This document shows positions 27,633-37,104 of a stretch of DNA of 64,000 nt, piece after piece. The stretch is taken from NCBI GenBank assembly GCA_038231275.1, contig JBBRLQ010000001.1:480001-544000 (forward strand), written 5' to 3'. A model generated the notes under the pieces. It saw only the letters and a list, made by a program, of their open reading frames with translations, had not been told where the DNA came from and made no database searches. Each line of letters starts with the position of its first letter. Positions within the stretch are counted from its first letter, which is position 1. The DNA is from Polyangiales bacterium (GTDB lineage: Bacteria > Myxococcota_A > Polyangia > Polyangiales > Polyangiaceae). Made by a program: the position numbers and the translations under genes.

Positions 27633-29534
27633 GTGAGCCAGGCGCCCCTCCCTCGTCCCTCGATGCGCGCCGGCGGGAAAGAGGAGCTGCGGGCGTACAT
27701 CCTCAAGACGTACCTCCTGCGCCTGCGCGCGGAGAAGGGCGAGCGGGCCGTGCGTGCGCTGCTCACGACCGCGGGGATCGATCCCGCCGTCGTCGACAAC
27801 GAGACGGGCTGGCTCAGCCAGGTCGCCGCAAAGCGCGCGCTGAAGGCGCTGAAAGAAGAGCTCGGCCCCGACGCCCTGAGGCGGCGCGGCGAGTGGACGA
27901 CCCACGCCGAAGCGCTCGGCACGATCGTCCGCATGCTCCGGAACGCCGAGCAGCCCATCGACGCGTACCGCTACCTCGCGACGAACGCGAAGGAGGTCAC
28001 GCGCATCGGCACCTGGGAGATCGAGGAGCCAGCCGGCGCGAACAAGAACAAAGCGGCGGTGACGTGGGTGAAGATGACCTACCGCCTCCGCGACGACAAC
28101 GACGACGGGCAAGACGTCGACGTCGGGTCGGAAGATCTCCTCTGCGCCGCGCGCGAGGGGGAGCTCACGGCGGTGCCGCGCGTGTGGGGGCTCGCCGACG
28201 CGGAGGTCTCGCACGAGTCGTGCATTTCTAAGGGCGGCGACGCGTGCGTGTACGCGGTGCGGTGGACGAGCAGCGCCGCGTCACGCCAAGGTGTAATCCT
28301 CGGCGGGCTCGGCGCGGCGCTCTTGACCGGCGGAGTCGTCGCGGCCACCGGCGGGCTCCTGGCGGGGGGCCTCGCGGCGGCGCTCGGCGGCGGGCTCGGC
28401 GGCGGCGCCGGGTTCCTCTACGATCGCTCGAAGGCCGACACGAGCGCGCGCGCGTTCGAAAGGAACCGCATCGCCGCGCTCGAACGCGGCCTCGAGCTCA
28501 AGGGCGAAATCGGCGGGACCAGCCACGCGCAACCGGGGGAGCTCACCGGCACCGTCCTCGGCGGCAAGTACAAGATCGGCCGGAAAATCGGCTCCGGCGG
28601 CATCGGCGTCGTGTACGCGGCCGAGCACACGACGCTCGGCCACGAGGTCGCCGTGAAGGTGCTCCGCGGCGCCGCCGCGCGCGACGGGAGCGAGATCGCC
28701 CGCTTGCGCCGCGAGGCGTACATCCAGGTCCACATCGAGCACCCCAACGTCGCGCGCGTCATGGACCTCGATCAGATGCCCGACGGCTCGATCTACGTCG
28801 TCATGGAGCGCCTCATCGGCCGCTCGCTCGCCGACAAGCTCGCGCGCGACGGCCTCCTCGCGCCCGGCTTCGCCATCCCGGTCTTCATCGGCGTGTGCGG
28901 AGCGCTCGCGGCGGCGCACGGCAAAGGCGTCGTCCACCGCGACCTGAAGCCCGGCAACGTATTTTTGTGCGACGACGGCGTCAGCAAAGTCTTGGACTTC
29001 GGAATGAGCAAGCTCCACACGGCGGAGGCGCTCACGCAGACCGGCTACACGCTGGGTACGCCCGAGTACATGGCGCCCGAGCAGTGCATCGGCGCGCAGG
29101 TCGAGCCGCGCACCGACGTCTACGCCCTCGGCGTCCTCATGTACGAGGCGCTCACCGGCGAGCTGCCGATCATCGCGCAGAGCCGACGCGAGCTGCTGGA
29201 TCTCCACCAGCGCCAGGTCCCGATCCCGATGCGCCAACGGCGCTTTGATCTCCCGATCCCCGAGGCGCTCGACGCGATCGTGATGAAGTGCCTGAAAAAG
29301 CGCGTCAACGATCGACCGAAGGGGGCGGCCGAGGTGCAGGAGATGCTCGAGGCGGTCTCGCTCGACGGGCTCCCGACGTGCTACCCGAGCACCGTGAGCC
29401 GCCGCGCGCCGAGCGCTCCGCAGCAGGCGACGAAGGCCGCGCTGAAGGAGCCGGGTGTGCCGAAGGACGTGAACACGCTCGCCGCGATGCCGTCGAGCTC
29501 GCCGCCTCCGCCCGAAAATAAAGAGGGCGCGTAG
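27633..29534 (+). CDS. Ser/Thr protein kinase with N-terminal V4R/H-NOX-like sensor domain
   Basis: HESCISKGGDACVYAVRW; hydrophobic segment; IGSGGIG, HRDLKPGN, DFG and GTPEYMAPE motifs. Confidence 0.92.
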   Translation: MSQAPLPRPSMRAGGKEELRAYILKTYLLRLRAEKGERAVRALLTTAGIDPAVVDNETGWLSQVAAKRALKALKEELGPDALRRRGEWTTHAEALGTIVRMLRNAEQPIDAYRYLATNAKEVTRIGTWEIEEPAGANKNKAAVTWVKMTYRLRDDNDDGQDVDVGSEDLLCAAREGELTAVPRVWGLADAEVSHESCISKGGDACVYAVRWTSSAASRQGVILGGLGAALLTGGVVAATGGLLAGGLAAALGGGLGGGAGFLYDRSKADTSARAFERNRIAALERGLELKGEIGGTSHAQPGELTGTVLGGKYKIGRKIGSGGIGVVYAAEHTTLGHEVAVKVLRGAAARDGSEIARLRREAYIQVHIEHPNVARVMDLDQMPDGSIYVVMERLIGRSLADKLARDGLLAPGFAIPVFIGVCGALAAAHGKGVVHRDLKPGNVFLCDDGVSKVLDFGMSKLHTAEALTQTGYTLGTPEYMAPEQCIGAQVEPRTDVYALGVLMYEALTGELPIIAQSRRELLDLHQRQVPIPMRQRRFDLPIPEALDAIVMKCLKKRVNDRPKGAAEVQEMLEAVSLDGLPTCYPSTVSRRAPSAPQQATKAALKEPGVPKDVNTLAAMPSSSPPPPENKEGA

Positions 29535-29553
29535 TCGGCGACCAGAGATGCGC

Positions 29554-30615
29554 TCAGCTCCTCAAGAGCCATACGAGGCCGGCGACGCTGAGCGCGATCA
29601 CGAACGCCGCCGCCAAGACGACGGCGAAATCGGTCGCAGACCATCCGCCGCGCGCGCGCACGGTCGCTGCGTTTCGTCCCGTCGCCGCGCGGACCTCCGC
29701 GATCGGCGCGGCCTTCCCGATGCCTGCGCTCGCGGGCGCGCTCGAAGGAGGTGGCGCGGCCTCGGTCGCGGCCGTCTCGATGGGGCGCGCGATCGACACC
29801 GGCGCCGGCTCCGGCGGGACGTCGGCTTCGAGCATCGGCTCGTCGGCGGCTCCCTCGAGCGCACCGAGCGCTTGGGCGACGGGCTCCTCCAACGCGAGCA
29901 CCGTCCTCCCCACGCGCATCATGAGCGCCGCGCGCCACGCCACGTCGCGATCGCGCGCGAGGCGCGACTCGCCGAGGAGCGCGCCGTTCTTGGAGCCGGG
30001 ATCGCGCGCGAGCACGGCGGGACCGCGTCGGACGAGCTGGACGTGCTCGCGCGACGCGTCGGCGTCCGCCAGCGGCAGATCGCACGTGTCGTCGCGTCCG
30101 ATGATGTACGCGCGCCCCTCTTCGAGCAGCGGCAAGACGGCGCCGGCATCCGGACCCTCCACGACGCGCACCTTGGGTACCACGTCGTCCCCTTGCTCTT
30201 CCATCGCCTGCGCCACCAGCATGAGCGCGAGCTCGCGCGTCGCTACGGCGAGATCGCGCGTCGGTGGCGTCTGATCGATCCGCGCCTCCAGCCACACGCG
30301 ACCGACGCGGATCAGGTCTCCCGCCCGGAGCGCGCGCGGCGTCTGCGGCGACAGGCGGACACCGCCGACGAAGGTTCCGTTCGTGCTGCCCTCGTCGACG
30401 AGCGAGTGCTTGCCTCCCTCGGTGCGGATCGTCGCGTGACGCTGGCTGACGCTCGGGTCGGGGAGGCGAACGTCGCACCCTTGACCTCGTCCGATGACCA
30501 CGCGCGCGCCGTCGAAGGTGAGCGCAGGCGGGGCGCCGCTGCTTTCTGACGACGACGGCGCCGACGATGGCGAGTGTGGCGAGAGCGCGCTTCGAACGAG
30601 GAGGGTGAGCGGCAA
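29554..30615 (-). CDS. Double FHA domain membrane protein
   Basis: IGR...SVSQRHA...GSTNGTF and IGR...ASREH...GSKNG; C-terminal TM; TTG start. Confidence 0.88.
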   Translation of the reverse strand: MPLTLLVRSALSPHSPSSAPSSSESSGAPPALTFDGARVVIGRGQGCDVRLPDPSVSQRHATIRTEGGKHSLVDEGSTNGTFVGGVRLSPQTPRALRAGDLIRVGRVWLEARIDQTPPTRDLAVATRELALMLVAQAMEEQGDDVVPKVRVVEGPDAGAVLPLLEEGRAYIIGRDDTCDLPLADADASREHVQLVRRGPAVLARDPGSKNGALLGESRLARDRDVAWRAALMMRVGRTVLALEEPVAQALGALEGAADEPMLEADVPPEPAPVSIARPIETAATEAAPPPSSAPASAGIGKAAPIAEVRAATGRNAATVRARGGWSATDFAVVLAAAFVIALSVAGLVWLLRS

Positions 30616-30681
30616 GTCGGTCGCAATTTATTGCATGAAACGGACTCGGATCCCGTCATACTGCGTGGCGAGGTCCCGGAA

Positions 30682-31050
30682 ATGGGTTGGAAGGGTTCTG
30701 CAGGCGCTCTTTTCGCGGTTCTCGTCGCTTGCACCTCGGCAAGCGCGGCAGGCGCGGCAAGCGCGACCGACGCGGCGCCCCAGCACGCGCGTTCAGGTCT
30801 TGCATCAGGTCCGCGAGAAGACGGAAGCGCGGCAAAAGGCGATGTGGGCTACCTGACGGTGAGCACCGACCCCACCGCGAAGCTCGAGGTCGACGGTGTG
30901 GACACCGGCAAGACCACTCCCGTCACGAAGATTTCGCTCGCGGCCGGCAAGCACAAGGTCACGCTGACCTCGCTCGACGGGAAGACGAAGCGCACCCTCG
31001 GCGTCACCATCGTCGCCGGCGAAGAGAAGCGCCTGACGGTCAGCCTCTAG
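30682..31050 (+). CDS. PEGA domain protein (probable lipoprotein)
   Basis: GYLTVSTDPTAKLEVDGVDTGKTTP..LAAGKHKVTL; LVAC; start uncertain. Confidence 0.75.
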   Translation: MGWKGSAGALFAVLVACTSASAAGAASATDAAPQHARSGLASGPREDGSAAKGDVGYLTVSTDPTAKLEVDGVDTGKTTPVTKISLAAGKHKVTLTSLDGKTKRTLGVTIVAGEEKRLTVSL

Positions 31051-31142
31051 AGCAATCGTCGTTACTACGTAACGCTTGCTCTAGCCTTTAGGTGGATCGC
31101 TCCAGTCGTTTGCCCGCCACGGACAAACGACTTCCGCTCTAG
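31047..31142. repeat. Two-hairpin REP/MITE-like element with CTAGAGC...GCTCTAG ends
   Basis: CTAGAGCAA/TTGCTCTAG and AGTCGTTTG/CAAACGACT inverted repeats; AT-richer than the flanks. Confidence 0.6.
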
Positions 31143-31160
31143 TCTCGGTTTGGTCGGTAG

Positions 31161-32132
31161 TCATTCCGGCATCAGGCTGGGCACGGCCGGGCGCATCTCG
31201 CTCGCGTGCACTTCGAGCCAGTGAATGACGTCCTCGGCGACGTCGCGCTTCGCGTGCTGCGAGAGCTCCTGGATGCCGGTCGGCGACGTGACGTTCACCT
31301 CGGTGAGCTTGTTGCCGATGAAGTCGAGGCCCACGAACACGAGCCCATCGGCCCTGAGGCGCGTCGCCATGTCGGCCACGACCGCGCGCTCTTCGGCGGT
31401 GACGTCGCACGGCTCGACGCGCCCGCCGACGTGGATGTTCGAACGCAGATCGTCCGCGCGCGGCACGCGGTTGATGCCGCCGAGGATCTTCCCGTCGAGG
31501 AGGATGACGCGCTTGTCCCCCTTCGTCACCGCCGGCAAATACTCCTGCACCATGACCTCGAGCTGCCCCTCGCCGGTCAAGAGCTCCACGATCGCATGGT
31601 TGTTCTTGTCCCCCTCGGAGAGCATGAGGACGCCCGCGCCGCCCGCGCCGTGGAGCGGCTTGATGACCCCCTTGCCGCCGGTCTCCTTCACGAACGAATA
31701 AATCCGATCAGGGCTCGACGTCACGAGCGTCCGCGGCATGTGCCGGGAAAAGTGCAGCGCGTAGAGCTTCTCGTTCGCGTCGCGGATGCCGCGCGGATCG
31801 TTCATGAGGATCGTGCGGCCGCGGGCGCGCTCCAGCATGAGCGCGCAGTAGAGGTAGGCCGTGTCGAACGGAGGGTCTTTGCGGATGAGCACCGCCTCGG
31901 CGTCGGCGATTCGGAAGTCGTACGGATCGCCGAACGCGAAAAAAGGCGCCGTGTCGGTGATACGAAGATCGCGTACCTTGGCGAAGACGTCCCCATCCAA
32001 GATGAAGAGGTCCTTCGGGGTGCAATGGAGCGCCGAGTGGCCCCTCCTTTGCGCGGCGCGCTGCAGCGCGTACGTCGTGTCCTTGTCCGGCAGAACCCGA
32101 TCCATCGGATCCATCACGTAGACAAATCGCAT
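31161..32132 (-). CDS. gshB: Glutathione synthetase
   Basis: VMDPM, RKDPPFD, NEKL, KPLHGAGG, GDKRV, RSNIHVGG and EVNVTSPTG motifs. Confidence 0.96.
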   Translation of the reverse strand: MRFVYVMDPMDRVLPDKDTTYALQRAAQRRGHSALHCTPKDLFILDGDVFAKVRDLRITDTAPFFAFGDPYDFRIADAEAVLIRKDPPFDTAYLYCALMLERARGRTILMNDPRGIRDANEKLYALHFSRHMPRTLVTSSPDRIYSFVKETGGKGVIKPLHGAGGAGVLMLSEGDKNNHAIVELLTGEGQLEVMVQEYLPAVTKGDKRVILLDGKILGGINRVPRADDLRSNIHVGGRVEPCDVTAEERAVVADMATRLRADGLVFVGLDFIGNKLTEVNVTSPTGIQELSQHAKRDVAEDVIHWLEVHASEMRPAVPSLMPE

Positions 32133-33861
32133 GCGACCTTCCTCACTCCTCCGGTACGGAGCACGCAGCCTAACACCTCTCGCGCCGGTCGCGATCGGCG
32201 CGCTCCTCCTCGCGACGCTGCCCGCGCGCGCGGCTCATGCGCCGAGCGCCGAGGGCACGCGCCTCGCGGTCGCGACCGACAGTGGAGACGCGACGCGCGC
32301 GGCGTTCGGGGTCCTGGCAGCCGGGGGAAACGCGGCGGACGCGGCGATCACCGCGGCGCTCGTACTCGGGGTCGTGAGCCAGTCGTCCTCCGGCATCGGC
32401 GGCGGCGGCTTCGCGATGGTGTACACGGCGAAGGACCAGAAGATCACGGTCCTCGACTTCCGCGAGACGTCGCCCGCCAAGGTCGACGTCGAGGCGCTCG
32501 GCGCGCGCGACTGGCGCAACGAGGACGCGAGCAAGCGCGGCGTGTCGGTCGGCGTCCTCGGCGAGCCGGCGGGGCTCGAGATGCTCGGCCAGAAATTCGG
32601 CAAGCGCTCCCTCGCGGAGAACGCCGCTCCTGCGGTCGCCCTCGCGGAGCGAGGATTTTTCATGGGCCGCAACATGGCGAACGTCACTGCGTTCATGAAG
32701 GATCGCCTCGGCGGCTCGCCGGAGATCATGGCGACGTTCATGCCGGGAGGTAGCCCCATCGCGTTCGGCGCGCTCGTTCGCCGCCCCGAGCTCGCGCGCA
32801 CGTTGAAGCGCTTCGGCGCCGAGGGCAGCAAGCCCTTCTACACCGGAGACATCGCCGAAAAGATCGTGACCTCCGCGCGCGGCTTCGGCTCGCAGATGGA
32901 GGCGAGCGATCTGGCCGGCTACAAGGTCATCGAGCGCGCGCCGCTCGTGCGGACCGTCGACGGGCGCACCATCGCGACGATGCCCGCGCCGTCGGCGGGT
33001 GGCCTCATGCTCCTCGAGACGGCGATGATGTACGGCGCCAACGGCACGTCACCGCTGAAGGCGATGGGCTTCGGCTCGAGTGCGTACCTCCACACGATCG
33101 CCGAGGCGATGCGCGGCGCGATCGGCGATCGCGTGCGCGTCGCGAGCGATCCCGAGCTCGAGTCCGGCACCGCCGCCGCCTTCGACGCCGCGCTCGAGCC
33201 GCGCCAGCTCGCCGCGCGCAAGAAGCGCATCGATCCGAAGCGAACGCATAAATCCGCAGATTTTCGCACGCGCGAGCAGGGCACCAGCCACCTCATCACC
33301 GTCGACGCCGAGGGCAACGTGGTCCTCGTCACCACCACCGTGAACGCTCCGTACGGCGCGCGCATCGTCGCCGGCGACACCGGCGTCGTCTTGAACGACG
33401 AGCTCGACGACTTCTCGCGCCCCAAGGACACGGCCGGCTTTGGCGTCATCGGCCTCGGCCCCAATCGCGCCCGCGGCAGCGCGCGCCCGGTGTCGAGCAT
33501 GGCGCCGACGCTCGTGCTCGAGAGCGGTCAGCCCATCCTGGCCATCGGCGGCAGCGGCGGCGAGCGCATCGCGACCGGCGTGACGCAGATGACGATGTGC
33601 CGCCTCGTCTTCGGCCTCGATCCGAACGCGTGCCTCTCGTCGTCGCGCGTCCACGTGAGCTCCACCACCGAGCTCACCGTCGAGCCGGATCTGACCGAGG
33701 ACGTGCGGGCGGGCCTGAAGGCGCGCGGCGAGACGGTCAAAGAGAGCGCGATTCCGATCCAGCCCGCGGTGCAGATGATCGCCTGGGATCGCGCAGCTGG
33801 GAGCACGCGCATCCTCGCGGCGTCCGATCCCCGCAAGGGTGGCTTCGCCGCGGCGCAGTAG
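32131..33861 (+). CDS. ggt: Gamma-glutamyltransferase
   Basis: GGNAADAA, SGIGGGGF, DFRE, TSHL (nucleophile Thr), NDELDDF, RPVSSMAP and SDPRKGG motifs; signal peptide. Confidence 0.94.
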   Translation: MRPSSLLRYGARSLTPLAPVAIGALLLATLPARAAHAPSAEGTRLAVATDSGDATRAAFGVLAAGGNAADAAITAALVLGVVSQSSSGIGGGGFAMVYTAKDQKITVLDFRETSPAKVDVEALGARDWRNEDASKRGVSVGVLGEPAGLEMLGQKFGKRSLAENAAPAVALAERGFFMGRNMANVTAFMKDRLGGSPEIMATFMPGGSPIAFGALVRRPELARTLKRFGAEGSKPFYTGDIAEKIVTSARGFGSQMEASDLAGYKVIERAPLVRTVDGRTIATMPAPSAGGLMLLETAMMYGANGTSPLKAMGFGSSAYLHTIAEAMRGAIGDRVRVASDPELESGTAAAFDAALEPRQLAARKKRIDPKRTHKSADFRTREQGTSHLITVDAEGNVVLVTTTVNAPYGARIVAGDTGVVLNDELDDFSRPKDTAGFGVIGLGPNRARGSARPVSSMAPTLVLESGQPILAIGGSGGERIATGVTQMTMCRLVFGLDPNACLSSSRVHVSSTTELTVEPDLTEDVRAGLKARGETVKESAIPIQPAVQMIAWDRAAGSTRILAASDPRKGGFAAAQ

Positions 33862-33878
33862 TCGCTCGTCGAGATGGA

Positions 33879-34844
33879 TCAGTCCTGATCGGCGAGGGCC
33901 GCGAGCTCCGCGCTCGGTCCCTCGTCGAGATCGCTCGCGAGCGCATAGCCGATGCCGCGGTTCTGCGTGACGGCGATCGAGTACCCGTTCGCCCGCCCGA
34001 CGCGCACCTGCGCGGTGCCGACGGCGCGCGGCTGCAGCATGTCGCTGTCGCCGACCTGAATCTTGCGCGGATCGTAGATGAAGACGCTCACCCGCTGCGC
34101 GCCGGCGCCGTCGCCGATGCGGTACTCGAGGAGGGCGGCGCGCTGATCGTGCACCGGCATGAGCCGACCGCCGATGAGGTGGGCGCTCGTCTTGTTGAAC
34201 TTCTGAAAGCTGGGCGGCCGCACCGGCACGCCGACGTACTGTTCGAGGCCACGCACGCCCATCGCGTCGGTGCGCTCCATCGGCCAGATGCGCGAGTGCA
34301 TCTCGACGAAGCCGGCGAGCGGATCGTTGGCGAGGCCCGCGGCGCGAACGTTGCGGCTCACGTCGTGCGACGGCGTGGCGGCGATCGAGCCCCACACGAT
34401 CGCAAGCGCGGCGGCGCTCGTCAGCGGCACCATCGTGCGCCAGCCAAAGAGCTTCGACCCTCCGCCGAATCCGCCAGCGATACCGGCAGCCATTCCTGAC
34501 GCCGGAAGGGTCGCGATGACGCTCTCGCGTCGCTCCTCTTCGTTCTTCTTCGCATCCGCGCGCGCGCGCTCGCCGCTCATGGAGGCGAGCATCCGCGCGC
34601 GCATCGCGCTCTTCTGATCGGAGTCTTGCGACGCCTCGAGGCGCACGACCTTCTTCAGCGTGCCTCGCATCGCGCGATCCAAGGCGATCCGCTCGCGACA
34701 GGTCTCACACTCCGTGATGTGCCCCTCGATCTCGAGCAGCTTCGGAGCGTCGAGCTCACCGTCGACGTACGCGCCCAGGACGTGCGCGTACCTCTGGCAC
34801 TCGCGCGAGATCGGGGTATCGGGAAATTGCGGGGACTTGTTCAT
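33879..34844 (-). CDS. Zinc-binding (ZAS/zf-HC2) anti-sigma factor with membrane segment
   Basis: AYVDGEL...HITECETC; directly downstream of the ECF sigma gene. Confidence 0.88.
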   Translation of the reverse strand: MNKSPQFPDTPISRECQRYAHVLGAYVDGELDAPKLLEIEGHITECETCRERIALDRAMRGTLKKVVRLEASQDSDQKSAMRARMLASMSGERARADAKKNEEERRESVIATLPASGMAAGIAGGFGGGSKLFGWRTMVPLTSAAALAIVWGSIAATPSHDVSRNVRAAGLANDPLAGFVEMHSRIWPMERTDAMGVRGLEQYVGVPVRPPSFQKFNKTSAHLIGGRLMPVHDQRAALLEYRIGDGAGAQRVSVFIYDPRKIQVGDSDMLQPRAVGTAQVRVGRANGYSIAVTQNRGIGYALASDLDEGPSAELAALADQD

Positions 34845-34853
34845 CCGGGTTGG

Positions 34854-35516
34854 TTATGCGGCCCCCCTCTTCCGCGCGCGGTAGGCGTTGAGATCGGCAG
34901 GCTCGGCCTTCTTGGACAGGTTCGTCTCGGTCAGGCTCTCTCCCTTCACGATACCCATGGCGAGGGCGTGAGAGTAGAGGGCCTTTTGCAGGAGCTTTCG
35001 GCCGCGATGTAGGCGGCTCATCACGGTGCCGATCGGGCAGGCCATGATCTCGGCGATCTCCTCGTAGGAGAACTCCTCGACGTCGCACAAGATGACCGCG
35101 AGCTTGAACTCTGCGGGCAGCTGGTCGAGCGCCTTTCGGATCTCGCCCTCGACGATGGGCTGGAGCGCGATCGTCTCCGGATCGCGGAGCTGGCGCATCG
35201 TGGACGCGCTCACCCACCCGTCCACGAGCGGATCGGCGTCGGGGCCTTCCATGATCTGACGCTCGAGCCCGCCGCGGCGGTACTTGTTGATGAACGTGTT
35301 CGTCAGGATACGGAAGAGCCACGCCTTCAGGTTCGTCCCGGCGCAAAACTGGTGCTTCGCCCGCATGGCCTTGACGAGCGCATCCTGGACGAGATCTTCC
35401 GCCTCGGTGGGGTTCCGCGTAAGGCGGCACGCCACGGCGTACATCGCGTCGAGGTGCTGGATGCAATCCTCGGAGAAGCTATCGGTATCTTTCAGAATTT
35501 CGCCGGAAGACGGCAT
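34854..35516 (-). CDS. ECF sigma factor, SigR/SigH-like
   Basis: [27 protein letters not shown] and [21 protein letters not shown] motifs. Confidence 0.94.
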   Translation of the reverse strand: MPSSGEILKDTDSFSEDCIQHLDAMYAVACRLTRNPTEAEDLVQDALVKAMRAKHQFCAGTNLKAWLFRILTNTFINKYRRGGLERQIMEGPDADPLVDGWVSASTMRQLRDPETIALQPIVEGEIRKALDQLPAEFKLAVILCDVEEFSYEEIAEIMACPIGTVMSRLHRGRKLLQKALYSHALAMGIVKGESLTETNLSKKAEPADLNAYRARKRGAA

Positions 35517-35545
35517 CGGAGAACCGCGCCTTTCTACCCTATGCC

Positions 35546-35572
35546 AACCGTGCGTAGGGTGTACCTATTCCC
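35546..35572 (-). promoter_or_regulatory. Putative autoregulatory ECF promoter (GGAAT-N18-GTT)
   Basis: Minus strand GGGAAT-aggtacaccctacgcacg-GTTG, 30 bp upstream of the sigma ATG. Confidence 0.75.
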
Positions 35573-35656
35573 ACTGCGAGCGCCGTGCCCAACCGCAGAG
35601 GCGGGCAGGTTTGGCGAAGGTAGGTACGCGCAGGGGCGGCGCAAGTGCTGGAGCGA

Positions 35657-36229
35657 TCAATCTTTTTTGGAAGCGTTCTTGAGCTTGGTCTCGAGCTCGT
35701 CGATCCGCTCGGAGAGGCGTTTCACCTCGAGCTGCAAGTGCTGCCACGGCAACAGACTGGGCAGAACCGCTTTGATTCGCTCGTCAATCTGGTGCTGCCA
35801 GTCCTCGAGTTTTCCTTTTGCCTGATCGACAAGGCTCGACTTCTGCGCATCGGACTTCGCGTCCACCGCGTCTTTTTCCCCGTGTCCGTCGCGGCTTGCG
35901 CCCGGAATGAGGCGACCGATGGGCCCTTCGCGGAGCTGCGTCAGGACGTTCTCGGTGCGCTGATGAATGAGCTCCTTCAGCGTTTGGAGCGGAACGTTCT
36001 TCGAGTTCTTTTGCTCTTCGTAGACGATCTGCGCGAGCGTGACCTCGGTGAGATCGTCCTTCGTGTTGTTGTCGATGATCTGCACATCCTCGCTGTTTCG
36101 CACCATCTCGGCGATCTGGAGGAGCGTGACGTACCGACTGTCTTTCGTGTCGTAGAGCTTCCGGTTGGAGTAGCGCTTGATCACGCGCCGGGGGCGGTCG
36201 GCGGCGAGCTCTTCGGGTTTTGTCTCCAC
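35657..36229 (-). CDS. PhaR-like (PHA accumulation regulator) DNA-binding protein
   Basis: IKRYSNRKLYDTKDSRYVTL...DLTEVTLAQI. Confidence 0.88.
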   Translation of the reverse strand: METKPEELAADRPRRVIKRYSNRKLYDTKDSRYVTLLQIAEMVRNSEDVQIIDNNTKDDLTEVTLAQIVYEEQKNSKNVPLQTLKELIHQRTENVLTQLREGPIGRLIPGASRDGHGEKDAVDAKSDAQKSSLVDQAKGKLEDWQHQIDERIKAVLPSLLPWQHLQLEVKRLSERIDELETKLKNASKKD

Positions 36230-36267
36230 ACGTCCAAGCTACCATAACGCACGGAGTCAAGCGGAGC

Positions 36268-37104
36268 GTGACGCGACAAGGTGACGAAACAGGCCGGTTG
36301 GCGCTCTCTCTCGCTGACGTTTCGGCAACGTACTCGGGGGGATCGAATCCCGGGAAGGACGAGCCCCTCGTGGGGGTTTCCCTGTCGATCGCTGCGGGCG
36401 AGCTCGCGACGGTGCTCGGGCCGAACGGCGCCGGCAAGTCGACGCTGCTGCGCGTGATGAGCGGGACGCTCGCCGCGTCGCGGGGCAAGGTCACGCTGCT
36501 GGGGGAGCCGATCGACGCGTGGGATCGCGCGCGCATCGCGCGACACGTCGCGGTGGTGCCGCAGACGAGCGAGGTCGCGTTCGGCTACGCGGTGAAGGAC
36601 GTCGTCATGATGGGACGCGCGCCGCACCAGGACGCGTGGATGCGGCCGTCACCGGACGACACGCGCGCCGTGGAGGAGGCGCTCGCGAAATGCGATCTGT
36701 CGGATCTGGCGTCCCGTCGCGTCGACGAGCTCTCGGGCGGCGAGCAGAAGCGCGTCGCGATCGCGCGGGCGTTCGCGCAGAAGCCGGCGGTGCTGCTGCT
36801 CGACGAGCCCGGCGCGTTCCTCGACGTGCGCCACCAGGTGATGCTCTACGATTTGCTCGACGACGCGAGAAAAAGCGGCACGGCGTGCGTCGTCGTGATG
36901 CACGACTTGAACGTCGCTGCGCAGTACGCCACGCAGGTGCTCCTCATGAAGCGCGGGCGCCTCGTCGCGTCGGGCACCATCGAGCAGGTGATGACGTACG
37001 CGCGCCTCAAGGAGACGTTCGACGCGGATCTCTACTGCGGCGTCAACGACGTGAACGGCACGCGCTTCTTCTTGCCGATGCGCGGCAAGACCGCCAGCGC
37101 CTGA
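36268..37104 (+). CDS. ABC transporter ATP-binding protein (heme/siderophore/cobalamin family)
   Basis: GPNGAGKST, VMMGRAPH, LSGGEQKRV and MHDLN motifs; start uncertain. Confidence 0.9.
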   Translation: MTRQGDETGRLALSLADVSATYSGGSNPGKDEPLVGVSLSIAAGELATVLGPNGAGKSTLLRVMSGTLAASRGKVTLLGEPIDAWDRARIARHVAVVPQTSEVAFGYAVKDVVMMGRAPHQDAWMRPSPDDTRAVEEALAKCDLSDLASRRVDELSGGEQKRVAIARAFAQKPAVLLLDEPGAFLDVRHQVMLYDLLDDARKSGTACVVVMHDLNVAAQYATQVLLMKRGRLVASGTIEQVMTYARLKETFDADLYCGVNDVNGTRFFLPMRGKTASA

